IMG/VR virus record: IMGVR_UViG_3300029288_000066
Span: 32,001-96,000 of that record
Origin: a virus
Lineage: Duplodnaviria > Caudoviricetes
Direction: 5' to 3' (one strand)
DNA length: 64,000 bases
Every line of letters begins with the position of its first letter. Within the stretch, counting starts at the first letter, position 1. Shown piece after piece: positions 33,138 to 42,448 of this stretch. The translations under genes were made by a program, and so were the position numbers. The notes beneath the pieces are model-generated. The model was given only the letters and a program-made list of their open reading frames with translations. It did not search any database and was not told the origin of the DNA.

Positions 33138-33449
33138 TTAAACAGAAGGAATAGTCACACTCACATTTACTGTAAACCAGACAGTACTTTTTGCCAATTT
33201 TATTAAAGTATCTGCATCTCTGTACATAGTGTCATATATATCACAACGATATTCTTTACCTGTCTTTAAATCTTTTAATATAGCATTAATTCTGTCATCA
33301 CACAAAGTTAACGTGTGCGCTTTAAATTTTATATCACTTCTTAATTTATAAAAACAATCCAGCGCTATTCTACGACTCCTTTCTGGAGATAGGGGTCTCT
33401 TCATTCGAATTACTCGGCCATACTTATCATCTATTGTAATTGTTTTCAT
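33138..33449 (-). CDS. Hypothetical protein (tandem paralogue 1)
   Basis: FYKLRSDIKF...LTLCDD.IN.ILKDLKTGKEY shared with 33459-33692. Confidence 0.65.
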   Translation of the reverse strand: MKTITIDDKYGRVIRMKRPLSPERSRRIALDCFYKLRSDIKFKAHTLTLCDDRINAILKDLKTGKEYRCDIYDTMYRDADTLIKLAKSTVWFTVNVSVTIPSV

Positions 33450-33458
33450 TGTTTAAAG

Positions 33459-33692
33459 TTAAAAATCAAAAAAACTACCATCAAATTTACATGTCGTCCT
33501 TTTTATAAAATCTTCTGCACTTGTAAATGGGGTGTTGTATATACTTGATTGATATTCTTTCCCAGTTTTTAAATCCTTTAAAACAATATTAACTTTGTCA
33601 TCACACAATGTCAATTGATAATGCGTAAACTTGATGTCGCTTCTTAAATTATAAAAAGAATCAAGATAATTTATTTTATTTCTCTTTTTCAT
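33459..33692 (-). CDS. Hypothetical protein (tandem paralogue 2)
   Basis: FYNLRSDIKF...LTLCDDKVNIVLKDLKTGKEY. Confidence 0.65.
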   Translation of the reverse strand: MKKRNKINYLDSFYNLRSDIKFTHYQLTLCDDKVNIVLKDLKTGKEYQSSIYNTPFTSAEDFIKRTTCKFDGSFFDF

Positions 33693-33907
33693 TTACACTG
33701 TCTATTCCTTCTTTAACCGTTAGCCTAACAAGAGCTTCCCAATTCCAAATCCAATCATAATTTACATTTCCAGCAACTCCAATATAATACCATCCATCCC
33801 TTACAGTCCTTTCCATTTGATATCCTTTAAACTTTAATTCAGTTTTTAAATTCATTAATTGGAGCGCTGTTCTACTACAATTATGACTATAATAATAATA
33901 TTTCTTT

Positions 33908-36157
33908 TTACGCATCATATTGTTTCATTTGCAACAATTCAATCAATGATGTTTGTCTCTTCGTTTGTCTTATGTTCTTTACAGCCCTGGAGAGCGAGCC
34001 TCTCTGCCCAACAAAAACACAAAGTTTTTTCGCTCTTGTAAGTCCAGTGTAAATCAGATTGCGATATAGCATATTGTAATGCTGATTCATTAGCGGAATT
34101 ATGATGGCATCAAATTCGCTTCCTTGACTTTTGTGAATTGTTATGCAATATGCAAGTTTTAACTCAAGCAATTGGTCTCTTTTGTATAAGACACTTCTGT
34201 TTTCAGTTCCAAATTCAATTAAACATTCCTTTTCTGGAGGATTGACCATAGTAATTTTTCCGATATCCCCATTGAAAACACCCAAATCATAATTGTTGAC
34301 GATTTGAATAACCCTATCTCCTTGTCTTAAAATCCTATTTTTAAGCTTAATTTCGAACTTTCCTGGTGCGGGTGGATTAACGGCATCTTGTAAAATTTCG
34401 TTGATTTTAATCGCTCCTACGTCCCCCACATTCATCGGGCATAAAATTTGTACTTCTATATCTTTCCCGTAATATTTATTTACGGTTTCCATATAAAGCT
34501 TTTTAATCATTCCAATGGCATCAATTCCATAATACAAAGTTGACCAATCTGGATAATCAGTATAATCTTTATAAGGGTCTCCAAGTTCGGAGTCCACAAA
34601 GAGACAATCCGTTTTTTGGTTCCACAAATCTGGGTCAATTAGCGGGCTATAAATTTCTGGTTCTATTCCGCTGTTAATGCCATGAGCAAATCTAATAATA
34701 TCTGAACCTTCTCCTTGTCTAAATATTTTATTTAAAACATAAGTTTTTACAAATCCGCTATTAATTAAATCTTTAAAAAACGCCCCTGGTCCTACTGGTG
34801 GCAGCTGGTCAACATCACCAATAAAAAGAATTTGACAATCTTGGGGAATAGCTCTCAATAGAGATGCTGCCAAATGTATATCCACCATGGATGTTTCGTC
34901 GACAATTATAAATTCACTATTAAGTTGAGTTTTTTCATTATGCTTAAAGCATCCTCTCACGTGGTCCCATCCCAATAGTCTGTGGATAGTCTGTGCTTGA
35001 ACGCCTATGACTTCTGTCATTCTTTGTGCTGCTCGGCCTGTTGGTGCTGCGAGTAAATAAGTAAAATTTAATACATCTAAAAGATTAATTAAATATTTGA
35101 GCTCAGTTGTCTTTCCACACCCAGGACCACCTGTAAGAACAGAGACTCCGTTGGAAACTATTTCTTTGATACTTATTAATTGCTCTTCACTTAACTGCAC
35201 TTCCTCTTCCTTTAGAGACTCTTCCCATTTGCTTATTAAAGATTCATCGGCTGGCCTTCCTGCAGTTTTCAATATATCAATCTTCTGTGCACAAAATCTT
35301 TCATCGTAAAACACCTGAACAGAATAATACCGTTTCTCTTCGGATATTGTTGATAGTTTTATTGTGTTGTCATCAACCAACTCGTCTAAAATAGCGTCAA
35401 TTTTTTCTTGAATTCTTACTTCGAGAATTTCTGTGGATTTCTTTAATATCTGATGATGCAGCAAATAGCAATGTCCATCATTTTCACCCTCAGTTAATAT
35501 ATAAATAATTCCAGCGGCAATTCTTTCTTTGCAATCTCTGGCAAACCCCATATCAAGAGCAATGTTATCCGCATATTTGAATCCTATTCCCCGAATGTCA
35601 TTTGCCATTCTATAAGGATTCTGACGAATTTGATTAATACAATCTCTTCCGTATGTTTCATATATTTTTGTTGCAAATAAAGTGCTTATGTTATAGCTCT
35701 GAAGAAAAACCATTATCTCATTAATCTCAGAATTTTGTATCCAGGAATTTTTTATTGTCTCCAACTTCTTCCTGGAAACGCCTGGCACCTCAACCAACTT
35801 ATCAATTTCGTTTTTTAAAACATTAAGCGTGTTTTCTCCAAAGTGCTGGACTATTTTTTTTGCTATTATTGGTCCTATTCCTTTAAAGAAAGTTGAGGAA
35901 AGATATTTTACCATTGCCTCTCTGGTTTCTGGTGCAATCTCAATAGCCTTGTCCGCTTTAAATTGATTTCCGTATCTTGGATTTGAAACCCACTGCCCAT
36001 GGAACTCCATGGTTAATCCTTCGTGGATTTTTAGCTGGTTCGTTGTTACTGTACACTCTTTTCCTTTGTCCTTAAGCAAAACACTCAGCACATGGTAGCC
36101 ATTTTCTTGATTAGAGTATATAATACGCTCTACACTTCCAATTATCTTTTCATCCAT
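33908..36157 (-). CDS. recD2: RecD2-type SF1B helicase
   Basis: HhH N-region, GGPGCGKTT, APTGRAA, VDETSM, GDVDQLP, TIHKSQGSE, YTGLTRAK. Confidence 0.95.
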   Translation of the reverse strand: MDEKIIGSVERIIYSNQENGYHVLSVLLKDKGKECTVTTNQLKIHEGLTMEFHGQWVSNPRYGNQFKADKAIEIAPETREAMVKYLSSTFFKGIGPIIAKKIVQHFGENTLNVLKNEIDKLVEVPGVSRKKLETIKNSWIQNSEINEIMVFLQSYNISTLFATKIYETYGRDCINQIRQNPYRMANDIRGIGFKYADNIALDMGFARDCKERIAAGIIYILTEGENDGHCYLLHHQILKKSTEILEVRIQEKIDAILDELVDDNTIKLSTISEEKRYYSVQVFYDERFCAQKIDILKTAGRPADESLISKWEESLKEEEVQLSEEQLISIKEIVSNGVSVLTGGPGCGKTTELKYLINLLDVLNFTYLLAAPTGRAAQRMTEVIGVQAQTIHRLLGWDHVRGCFKHNEKTQLNSEFIIVDETSMVDIHLAASLLRAIPQDCQILFIGDVDQLPPVGPGAFFKDLINSGFVKTYVLNKIFRQGEGSDIIRFAHGINSGIEPEIYSPLIDPDLWNQKTDCLFVDSELGDPYKDYTDYPDWSTLYYGIDAIGMIKKLYMETVNKYYGKDIEVQILCPMNVGDVGAIKINEILQDAVNPPAPGKFEIKLKNRILRQGDRVIQIVNNYDLGVFNGDIGKITMVNPPEKECLIEFGTENRSVLYKRDQLLELKLAYCITIHKSQGSEFDAIIIPLMNQHYNMLYRNLIYTGLTRAKKLCVFVGQRGSLSRAVKNIRQTKRQTSLIELLQMKQYDA

Positions 36158-36253
36158 TCTTAAATCATTTATGCAAATATACTAATTTTTTTTAAAAAAT
36201 TAACCATTTTGTTTTTTTTTTGTTATATTTATATAAACGAAGAGAATTTTTTT

Positions 36254-36880
36254 ATGAAAACAGCGGAACAAAGAAAAGAGTATAGAAAGAATTATTATAA
36301 TTTTAACAAGGAAAAAATGTTAAAAAGTCAAAAAGAATATTATAATAAAAATAGTGAAAAGTTAAAAAAATCATCAAAAGAATACAGAGACAACAACAAA
36401 GAAAAAGTGTTAAAAAACAAAAAAGAATATTGTGCTTCTAATTCTGAAAAAATAAAAAAAAACAAACGAAGATATTATATTAAGAATAAAAAAGAAATTA
36501 TAGAAAAAAATAGAATTCGTGCCATAAAAAAAAGAAAAGAAGACCCATTGTATAAATTAAAGGGAAATGTAAAATGTTTGATTTATCAAAGTTTTAAAAG
36601 AAACAAATACATTAAAAAAAACAGAACAGAACAAATTTTGGGATGTTCCATAGGACAATTTAGGATGTATTTAGAAAGCAAATTTGAATCATGGATGACG
36701 TGGGAAAATTATGGATTATATAATGGACAATTAAACTTTGGATGGGATATTGACCATATAACCCCACTCTCAAAAGCAAAAACTGAAGATGATGTTATAG
36801 AACTTAATCACTATACGAATCTACAACCACTTTGTAGTAAAATTAACAGAAATGTTAAAAAAGACAATTGTATTTTTTAA
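36254..36880 (+). CDS. HNH-type homing endonuclease (no RHH pair)
   Basis: TEQILGCS, WMTWENYG, WDIDHITP, HYTNLQPLC; own TATTTATA at 36226; antisense to neighbours. Confidence 0.75.
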   Translation: MKTAEQRKEYRKNYYNFNKEKMLKSQKEYYNKNSEKLKKSSKEYRDNNKEKVLKNKKEYCASNSEKIKKNKRRYYIKNKKEIIEKNRIRAIKKRKEDPLYKLKGNVKCLIYQSFKRNKYIKKNRTEQILGCSIGQFRMYLESKFESWMTWENYGLYNGQLNFGWDIDHITPLSKAKTEDDVIELNHYTNLQPLCSKINRNVKKDNCIF

Positions 36881-36890
36881 AGAACTCTTT

Positions 36891-37412
36891 TTACAATTTT
36901 GTTTTATTAACATAAGCATCTCCTGCACACCCCGCTCTACCGCAGTATTCACATTTATGTCTTATGTGTGCCCAGCAGCTTTTGTGTGCCCAGCAGCTTT
37001 TGTGTGTGCAAGGTACTCCTGCAGGATAAAACTCATAATCTACAATTTTTAAATCCATCCATTTTGTCGCCCTTATCCAGGTTATCGCCTCTTCTATAGT
37101 TTTGCAACAAAAGACAGCACCTTTGGTTTGCATTCCCCATTGGTATTTATTTTCTTTCTCGTTAATAAGAATATAAGGCTTCTTTAATGCATGAGCCATA
37201 CCCATTTCAAATGTTGAACCGAATCCAGAAGGGTTGTCTTTTGTAATACATGCAATCATTGCGTCACTTTCTGCAACCTTTTGCACTTCCATTTCAAACC
37301 AATCTAGGTTGTTGTGAAAGTCTCTGGGGTCATGCCAGACACAATTATCAATCAGTCGTCTGACCGTATCCCTCCACTCACTCCAACCTCCAGCTAAATA
37401 GATTTTCTTCAT
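36891..37412 (-). CDS. Nucleoside 2-deoxyribosyltransferase-like protein with Cys/His tail
   Basis: KIYLAGG..WR; GSTFEMGMAHALKKP. Confidence 0.75.
   Translation of the reverse strand: MKKIYLAGGWSEWRDTVRRLIDNCVWHDPRDFHNNLDWFEMEVQKVAESDAMIACITKDNPSGFGSTFEMGMAHALKKPYILINEKENKYQWGMQTKGAVFCCKTIEEAITWIRATKWMDLKIVDYEFYPAGVPCTHKSCWAHKSCWAHIRHKCEYCGRAGCAGDAYVNKTKL
36965..37006. repeat. Perfect 18-bp tandem duplication (in-frame HKSCWA x2)
   Basis: TGTGTGCCCAGCAGCTTT x2 plus TGTGTG. Confidence 0.9.
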
Positions 37413-37780
37413 ATTTTCTTTTGTTTCCTCAATTTTTCTTCAATTCTTTCTCTTACAATATTAGCATCATCTTTCGTTGGATGGTAATCGTTCATTAATT
37501 CTTTTGGAATGTTTTCCCACGCAGAGCCATAATATTGAACGTTGAAATTTCTTGTCTTACATTCTTTGTATAATTCATCGTACCTTTTCTTAAGATAACC
37601 TAATTTGTCATAAAAGAATTTAACGTGTCCCTTACCCAAAACAAACTCACATGGTTGGTCTTTTAATGAATATCTTCCTTTTAAAACACAATTTGGGACC
37701 CTTTTGATTTCCCTATGTTCTGCAATGAGATGTTTGTGCGATAATTCAGAAGGGAGTATTCCACAATTAATTCTTGTCAT
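37409..37780 (-). CDS. denV: Pyrimidine-dimer DNA glycosylase (T4 endonuclease V family)
   Basis: MTRIN...L..KHLIAEHREIKR; LGKGHVKFFYDKL.YL..RY. Confidence 0.9.
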   Translation of the reverse strand: MTRINCGILPSELSHKHLIAEHREIKRVPNCVLKGRYSLKDQPCEFVLGKGHVKFFYDKLGYLKKRYDELYKECKTRNFNVQYYGSAWENIPKELMNDYHPTKDDANIVRERIEEKLRKQKKI

Positions 37781-38485
37781 TATTCCTCTGTTGTATAAAC
37801 CATCCATCTATCATTATCCCAATCCCAGTGCCTGTTATCATAAGTGTCAAAAATGAAATATAGTCCGAATATTTCTATTTCAAAGCGAAACCCTGCATGG
37901 TCTGTGTGTCTGCTCCAGCTTGTAGAGATATTAAAATAACTCCAATTCTGCCAAATGCCAGACTGTAATTCTAATGATTTATTTTTGGAGAGTTTTTTGG
38001 TTGGGTTAAAAAAAAGTCTTTCTTTCATATCTGTTTTCTTTTAAAAAACAAATATAAAGAAAAAAGAGTAAATAACCAAATTATTTACTCCTCTTCTACA
38101 GATTCTAATTCTTTTACTTTAAGAATGCCTGACAATTCAAGATTTGCTACATAAACATTAACTAACTCCTTAACCTTTTCGAAGTCTTTTTTAGATTCGA
38201 CTTCAACCTGTAGTCTGATTTCTTTTTCCATTTTTTATTCTATAAGTATTAAAAAAAAAATGAAAATTTGATTACATGCCTAATATATTTTTCTTTGCCC
38301 ATTCTACTGAAATAGTTATCTTTTCATGTAGATGTTTTTCCAAATCTTCAACCTTCTTTTTTAACTCTTCTAATTTTTTTTCTTCTATTCCCGTAAGAAG
38401 AAATTTGAGGAATTCATCCTTTTCTTTTTCATCTAACTCTAAATAAAGAGATTTGATGTTTTCTAGTTTAGATTCTGGCATAATT

Positions 38486-39043
38486 TTATTCTCCTATTTT
38501 TATGATTTTAATAATATCAGTAATTTTTTCTATTCTGTTTTTTATCGTAATTTCTTGGTTCCAGTCCCTGTTCATTAAAAAAAAGTTCTCTCCTGGGTTA
38601 CCATTAGAAATCCAATTGTCGTAATTGTGTGGGGCATCATCAATTAAATAATCCAATCCCAAACTTCCCTTGTCTTTCGTAATAAAAAGCTCATCAAACA
38701 CTAAATTGTATTTTCCGAGCCAAAGATATGTCATTGCAACCAAGTGTGGCTCCTGTGTCGTCGCACACACTAATTTCATACCATTTCGGTTAGTCCAATC
38801 CTTTAAAATTTTAAACTGAGCTACCGTTCCAGGATAAGGCTTGGTTTTAAAAAAAATGTCTTCTGGGTATTCGTTAAAGATAATGTGAAACTTATCCTTT
38901 AAAGGCATTTTGATGTGGGGGAAATCGTAATTATATGCGATGTCACTAACGATATGTTCAGGATAGTGAGTCTTAAATACCTTATTAACTCCTGACATTA
39001 AATCTCTAAGCACACCGTCTACGTCCAAACCAATTTTCTGCAT
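38486..39043 (-). CDS. HAD 5'(3')-deoxyribonucleotidase-like protein
   Basis: IGLDVDGVL; LIDDAPHN; WNQ. Confidence 0.8.
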   Translation of the reverse strand: MQKIGLDVDGVLRDLMSGVNKVFKTHYPEHIVSDIAYNYDFPHIKMPLKDKFHIIFNEYPEDIFFKTKPYPGTVAQFKILKDWTNRNGMKLVCATTQEPHLVAMTYLWLGKYNLVFDELFITKDKGSLGLDYLIDDAPHNYDNWISNGNPGENFFLMNRDWNQEITIKNRIEKITDIIKIIKIGE

Positions 39044-39062
39044 TTTATAAGTAATTTTGAGT

Positions 39063-39088
39063 TTATACGTAAAATTGTAGTTTTTGTT
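39063..39088 (-). promoter_or_regulatory. ECF-type promoter GAAAC-N16-CGTATAA
   Basis: Exact spacing. Confidence 0.7.
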
Positions 39089-39151
39089 TCATTATACTAC
39101 AAATATTTTGATTTATTAAACTTATTTTCTATATTTATTAAAAAACAGAAT

Positions 39152-39292
39152 ATGAAAAGCAATAAAGAATATAAGGCAATTTCTTTAAGTATAGACAAAG
39201 ATTTAAGAGATAAAATGGATGAAGCGCACATTAATAAAAGCCGCCTCATAAATGATTTAATCAAGAAACAGATTAAAAAGAAAAAAAAATAA
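39152..39292 (+). CDS. Small RHH-like protein A (cassette 4), 46 aa
   Basis: MKSNKEYKAISLSIDKDLRDKMDEAHINKSRLINDLIKKQI; TATTTATT at 39132. Confidence 0.75.
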   Translation: MKSNKEYKAISLSIDKDLRDKMDEAHINKSRLINDLIKKQIKKKKK

Positions 39293-39360
39293 ATAAAATT
39301 ATTCTTCCTCATTTACAACAAATTATAAAATATTTTTATTTTTATTAACACTATTATAGT

Positions 39361-39397
39361 GTTTTTACTTTTTTGTACTATTTATAATAAAATTAAA
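39361..39397 (+). promoter_or_regulatory. Conserved cassette box (copy 4)
   Basis: GTTTTTACTTTTTTGTACTATTTATAATAAAATTAAA. Confidence 0.75.
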
Positions 39398-39400
39398 GTT

Positions 39401-39553
39401 ATGGGAAGAAATAAAAAAGAAAACAAGAAGGTTAAAGTGTCAATCACTTTAGAAAAAGAATGCATTGAATTCATAGAAGAAAAAAGCATTAAAAGTAAAT
39501 CTGATTTTGTTAATTGGCTTATTCGTGAACATTTTAATAACTTAAACAAATAA
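39401..39553 (+). CDS. Small RHH-like protein B (cassette 4), 50 aa
   Basis: MGRNKKENKKVKVSITLEKECIEFIEEKSIKSKSDFVNWLIREHFNNLNK. Confidence 0.8.
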   Translation: MGRNKKENKKVKVSITLEKECIEFIEEKSIKSKSDFVNWLIREHFNNLNK

Positions 39554-39557
39554 TATC

Positions 39558-40640
39558 ATGATATTAAGCACTGAAGTTGAGGTCACCATTAATACCAGCA
39601 ATTTTAAACATTACAAAGAGGCTGGGTATAAAAACATAAGGGTTAAACAAAAAATAGTTGTTCCAATAAATAAAGTTTACCACAATGGATATAATCTAAT
39701 TGAGGTTAAGTGCGATGTTTGCGGGCACATTAAAACCATAAAAATAAATAGATATTTTATTAATTTAGGCAAATGGAATATCTATGCCTGCTCTCCCAAA
39801 TGTGGTACAATCAAAACCAAAATGACTAGCATGGAAATTTATGGAGAAACATCTGCTCAAAAAAACAAAATTGTCAAAGAAAAAAAAGAAAGAACTAACA
39901 TCGAAAGATATGGTGGGACTTCTCCGAGTTGTTCAGATGTGGTTAAAAAGAAGATAAAGTGTACAAACTTAAAAAGATATGGCGTAGATAATGTCATGAA
40001 AAACAATGAATTTAAAAATAAGCAGAACAATTCTTTAATGGTAAATTATGGAGTAAAAACCCCCATACAAAATGCACATATAAGAAAAAAAATAGAAAGG
40101 ACGAACATAGAAAGATACGGTTCAAAGTCTCCTTTAGAATCAAGTGAAATAAAAGAGAAAATAAAAAAACACAATCTTAATGTTCATGGGGTTGACTATC
40201 CGTTTCAATCAAAATCCTTTAGGGACAACGCAGAAGAAGAAACCTTGTTAAGATATGGAACAAAATATGTAGCACAAATAGAAAGATTCTTTCTAAAACA
40301 ACAAAAAAATTCGTTTAATTTAAAACTACATAAGAAAACAAGACTTTTTTATAGAGGAACGTATGAAAAAGATTTTTTAGATTTTTGTTATAATAATAAA
40401 ATATATATAACAAAGGGAAAGGTTATCAAATACCATTTTCAAAATAAAACAAAAACATATTTTTCTGATTTTTACATGGAAAATATAAATTTGATAATAG
40501 AAATAAAATCAAATTATACATACAAAAGAGATTTGAAGAAAAATCTATCCAAACAAAAAGCGTGTATTAAACAAAATTATAAGTTTATTTTTATAATTGA
40601 TAAAAATTACAAAGATTTTTTAGATGCTATTAAACTATAA
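39558..40640 (+). CDS. Homing-type endonuclease: RYG repeats plus PD-(D/E)XK domain (cassette 4)
   Basis: CDVCG; TN.ERYG repeats; YRGTYEKDF; YFSDFY...LIIEIKSNYT. Confidence 0.8.
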   Translation: MILSTEVEVTINTSNFKHYKEAGYKNIRVKQKIVVPINKVYHNGYNLIEVKCDVCGHIKTIKINRYFINLGKWNIYACSPKCGTIKTKMTSMEIYGETSAQKNKIVKEKKERTNIERYGGTSPSCSDVVKKKIKCTNLKRYGVDNVMKNNEFKNKQNNSLMVNYGVKTPIQNAHIRKKIERTNIERYGSKSPLESSEIKEKIKKHNLNVHGVDYPFQSKSFRDNAEEETLLRYGTKYVAQIERFFLKQQKNSFNLKLHKKTRLFYRGTYEKDFLDFCYNNKIYITKGKVIKYHFQNKTKTYFSDFYMENINLIIEIKSNYTYKRDLKKNLSKQKACIKQNYKFIFIIDKNYKDFLDAIKL

Positions 40641-40641
40641 A

Positions 40642-41583
40642 TTATTTTTCTTTTAGCTTAGTCATCAAATCTTCTATGTGGTAAACGTACTCACTAAATT
40701 TTTTCTCTCTTTTTGTCAAACTATTTCTTTCTAATGGCAAGTCTATTTTTATATTTTCAATAACTCGCCCTGGCCTTGAATCCATCACATATACTTTATC
40801 AGCCAAATAAACTGCTTCCTGTAGATTGTGTGTTACCATAACAAAGGTGGCATCTACTTTTTTACATAGTTCCACCCATACTTTACAAAGCAAATCATCT
40901 ATTTCAATTCCAGTCCTTACATCAAGCCCGCTTGAAATTTCATCCAATAACATAATTTTATCTCCAGAAACCAAGTTCCTTGCTATAGACACCCTTTGTA
41001 GTTGGCCGCCACTTAAAATTGGGTATTGAGCGTATTTATCCTCATGCCCTTCTAATCCAACTAATTTAATCATTTCCATGGCACGTTCTATTCTCTCTGC
41101 TTTAGAAATACCTTTTAATTCTAGCGGAATACATACGTTTCTTAGAACCGTTAACCACGGCAAAGAAGAATATTGTTGAAATACCATTCCAACTCTGTCT
41201 TTACTTGTTTGAAGCTTACCATCAATAAGAACTTCCCCAGATGTTGGTGATTGCAGTCCAGCAAAATATCTTAATATTGTTGATTTTCCGCAGCCGCTTG
41301 CCCCAACTATTACAACAAATTGCCCAGCCCCAACAACATCTTTTATTTTAAAATTCAAACCGTCAAAAACAATTTCTTTTTTTCCACTTTTGTCTGTATA
41401 AGTTTGGGAAACATTTCTAAGTTCTAAAATATCAGTTGCCCCATAATTTCCAACATCATTGAATATGTCTTTTTTTGACACAATTCTATCTTCCAAATCA
41501 GTATGTTTTTTTTCTGAATCATCCTTTACGATACCAGCAAAAACCCCTTCTTTTTTTTCTTCTTTATTAAAATAATCAGACAT
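40642..41583 (-). CDS. ABC transporter ATPase (TauB/SsuB-like)
   Basis: GASGCGKST, LSGGQLQR, LLDE, MVTH. Confidence 0.92.
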   Translation of the reverse strand: MSDYFNKEEKKEGVFAGIVKDDSEKKHTDLEDRIVSKKDIFNDVGNYGATDILELRNVSQTYTDKSGKKEIVFDGLNFKIKDVVGAGQFVVIVGASGCGKSTILRYFAGLQSPTSGEVLIDGKLQTSKDRVGMVFQQYSSLPWLTVLRNVCIPLELKGISKAERIERAMEMIKLVGLEGHEDKYAQYPILSGGQLQRVSIARNLVSGDKIMLLDEISSGLDVRTGIEIDDLLCKVWVELCKKVDATFVMVTHNLQEAVYLADKVYVMDSRPGRVIENIKIDLPLERNSLTKREKKFSEYVYHIEDLMTKLKEK

Positions 41584-41584
41584 A

Positions 41585-42391
41585 TTATGCGTATTTAAAT
41601 TTAAAGATTTTTTTATCTAACCACTTGAAAAGAATGTCTTGCAAAAATCCAATAACTATTATTATAACAATAATCGCAAAAATTTTATCTAACCTACTTT
41701 GTTTTGCAGATGTGTAAATCATTGCACCAATTCCCCCTTCATTGTTTACCATTTCTGCTACAATAATATATGTATAGGATATGGCAGTGATTACCCTAAT
41801 ATCAGAAAACAACTTTGACATAACAGAAGGCCAATACACCTTCGCAAAGGTTTGCCAGCTGTTGGCACCCAAAGTATAAATTGTATCAAGGTGGATTTTT
41901 TCCGTTTCAAAAACACGCTGAACTACCATGGGCAATAAATAAACTATAATACCAAATGCTAAAAAATTCACTTTCATTCCAGTGGAAATTCCATACCAAG
42001 CAATAAATACACCTACAAGTCCAGTAAGAGGAACATATCTTAATGCGTCAATGTATTTACTGAACATACTTCTAAAAAATGGTATCAGTGCAATTAAAAA
42101 CCCAACTGGTATAGCTAAAGCAATGGCTTTAATATATCCACCAACATTCAACTTTATAGAATATATGACGTTTGCAATTAGATTGTCTTTACTAAAAAGC
42201 TCGCCAAAAGACAATATAACGCTTTCTGGACTCGGAATTGTTTGCGGCTTAACCAAACCAGTTCCCGTAGTTATTGTATACCAGATAGCCATTAAAACAC
42301 CAAATCCAACGATTCCCACTACCAGTGAAAGGCTATCAGATATTTTTCCGCCTGATTTAAAAAGTGATTTAAGAGTTTTCATTTTTTTCAC
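41585..42391 (-). CDS. ABC transporter permease (TauC/SsuC-like)
   Basis: Multiple TM helices; PSPESV; YTLGANSWQ; IIVAEM. Confidence 0.88.
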   Translation of the reverse strand: MKKMKTLKSLFKSGGKISDSLSLVVGIVGFGVLMAIWYTITTGTGLVKPQTIPSPESVILSFGELFSKDNLIANVIYSIKLNVGGYIKAIALAIPVGFLIALIPFFRSMFSKYIDALRYVPLTGLVGVFIAWYGISTGMKVNFLAFGIIVYLLPMVVQRVFETEKIHLDTIYTLGANSWQTFAKVYWPSVMSKLFSDIRVITAISYTYIIVAEMVNNEGGIGAMIYTSAKQSRLDKIFAIIVIIIVIGFLQDILFKWLDKKIFKFKYA

Positions 42392-42403
42392 TTAAAGGAT
42401 TAA

Positions 42404-42433
42404 AAAAAGCGCTCAAGTCTTTGAGCGCTTTTT
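42404..42433 (-). terminator. Intrinsic terminator/stabilising hairpin between binding protein and permease
   Basis: AAAAAGCGCTCAA-GTCT-TTGAGCGCTTTTT. Confidence 0.8.
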
Positions 42434-42448
42434 CACATTCAAAATTAA

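Noticed and set aside
36965-37006. CRISPR-like repeat
   Set aside because: Only two abutting 18-bp units with no spacers, in frame within a CDS. No CRISPR array or cas genes were seen in the window.
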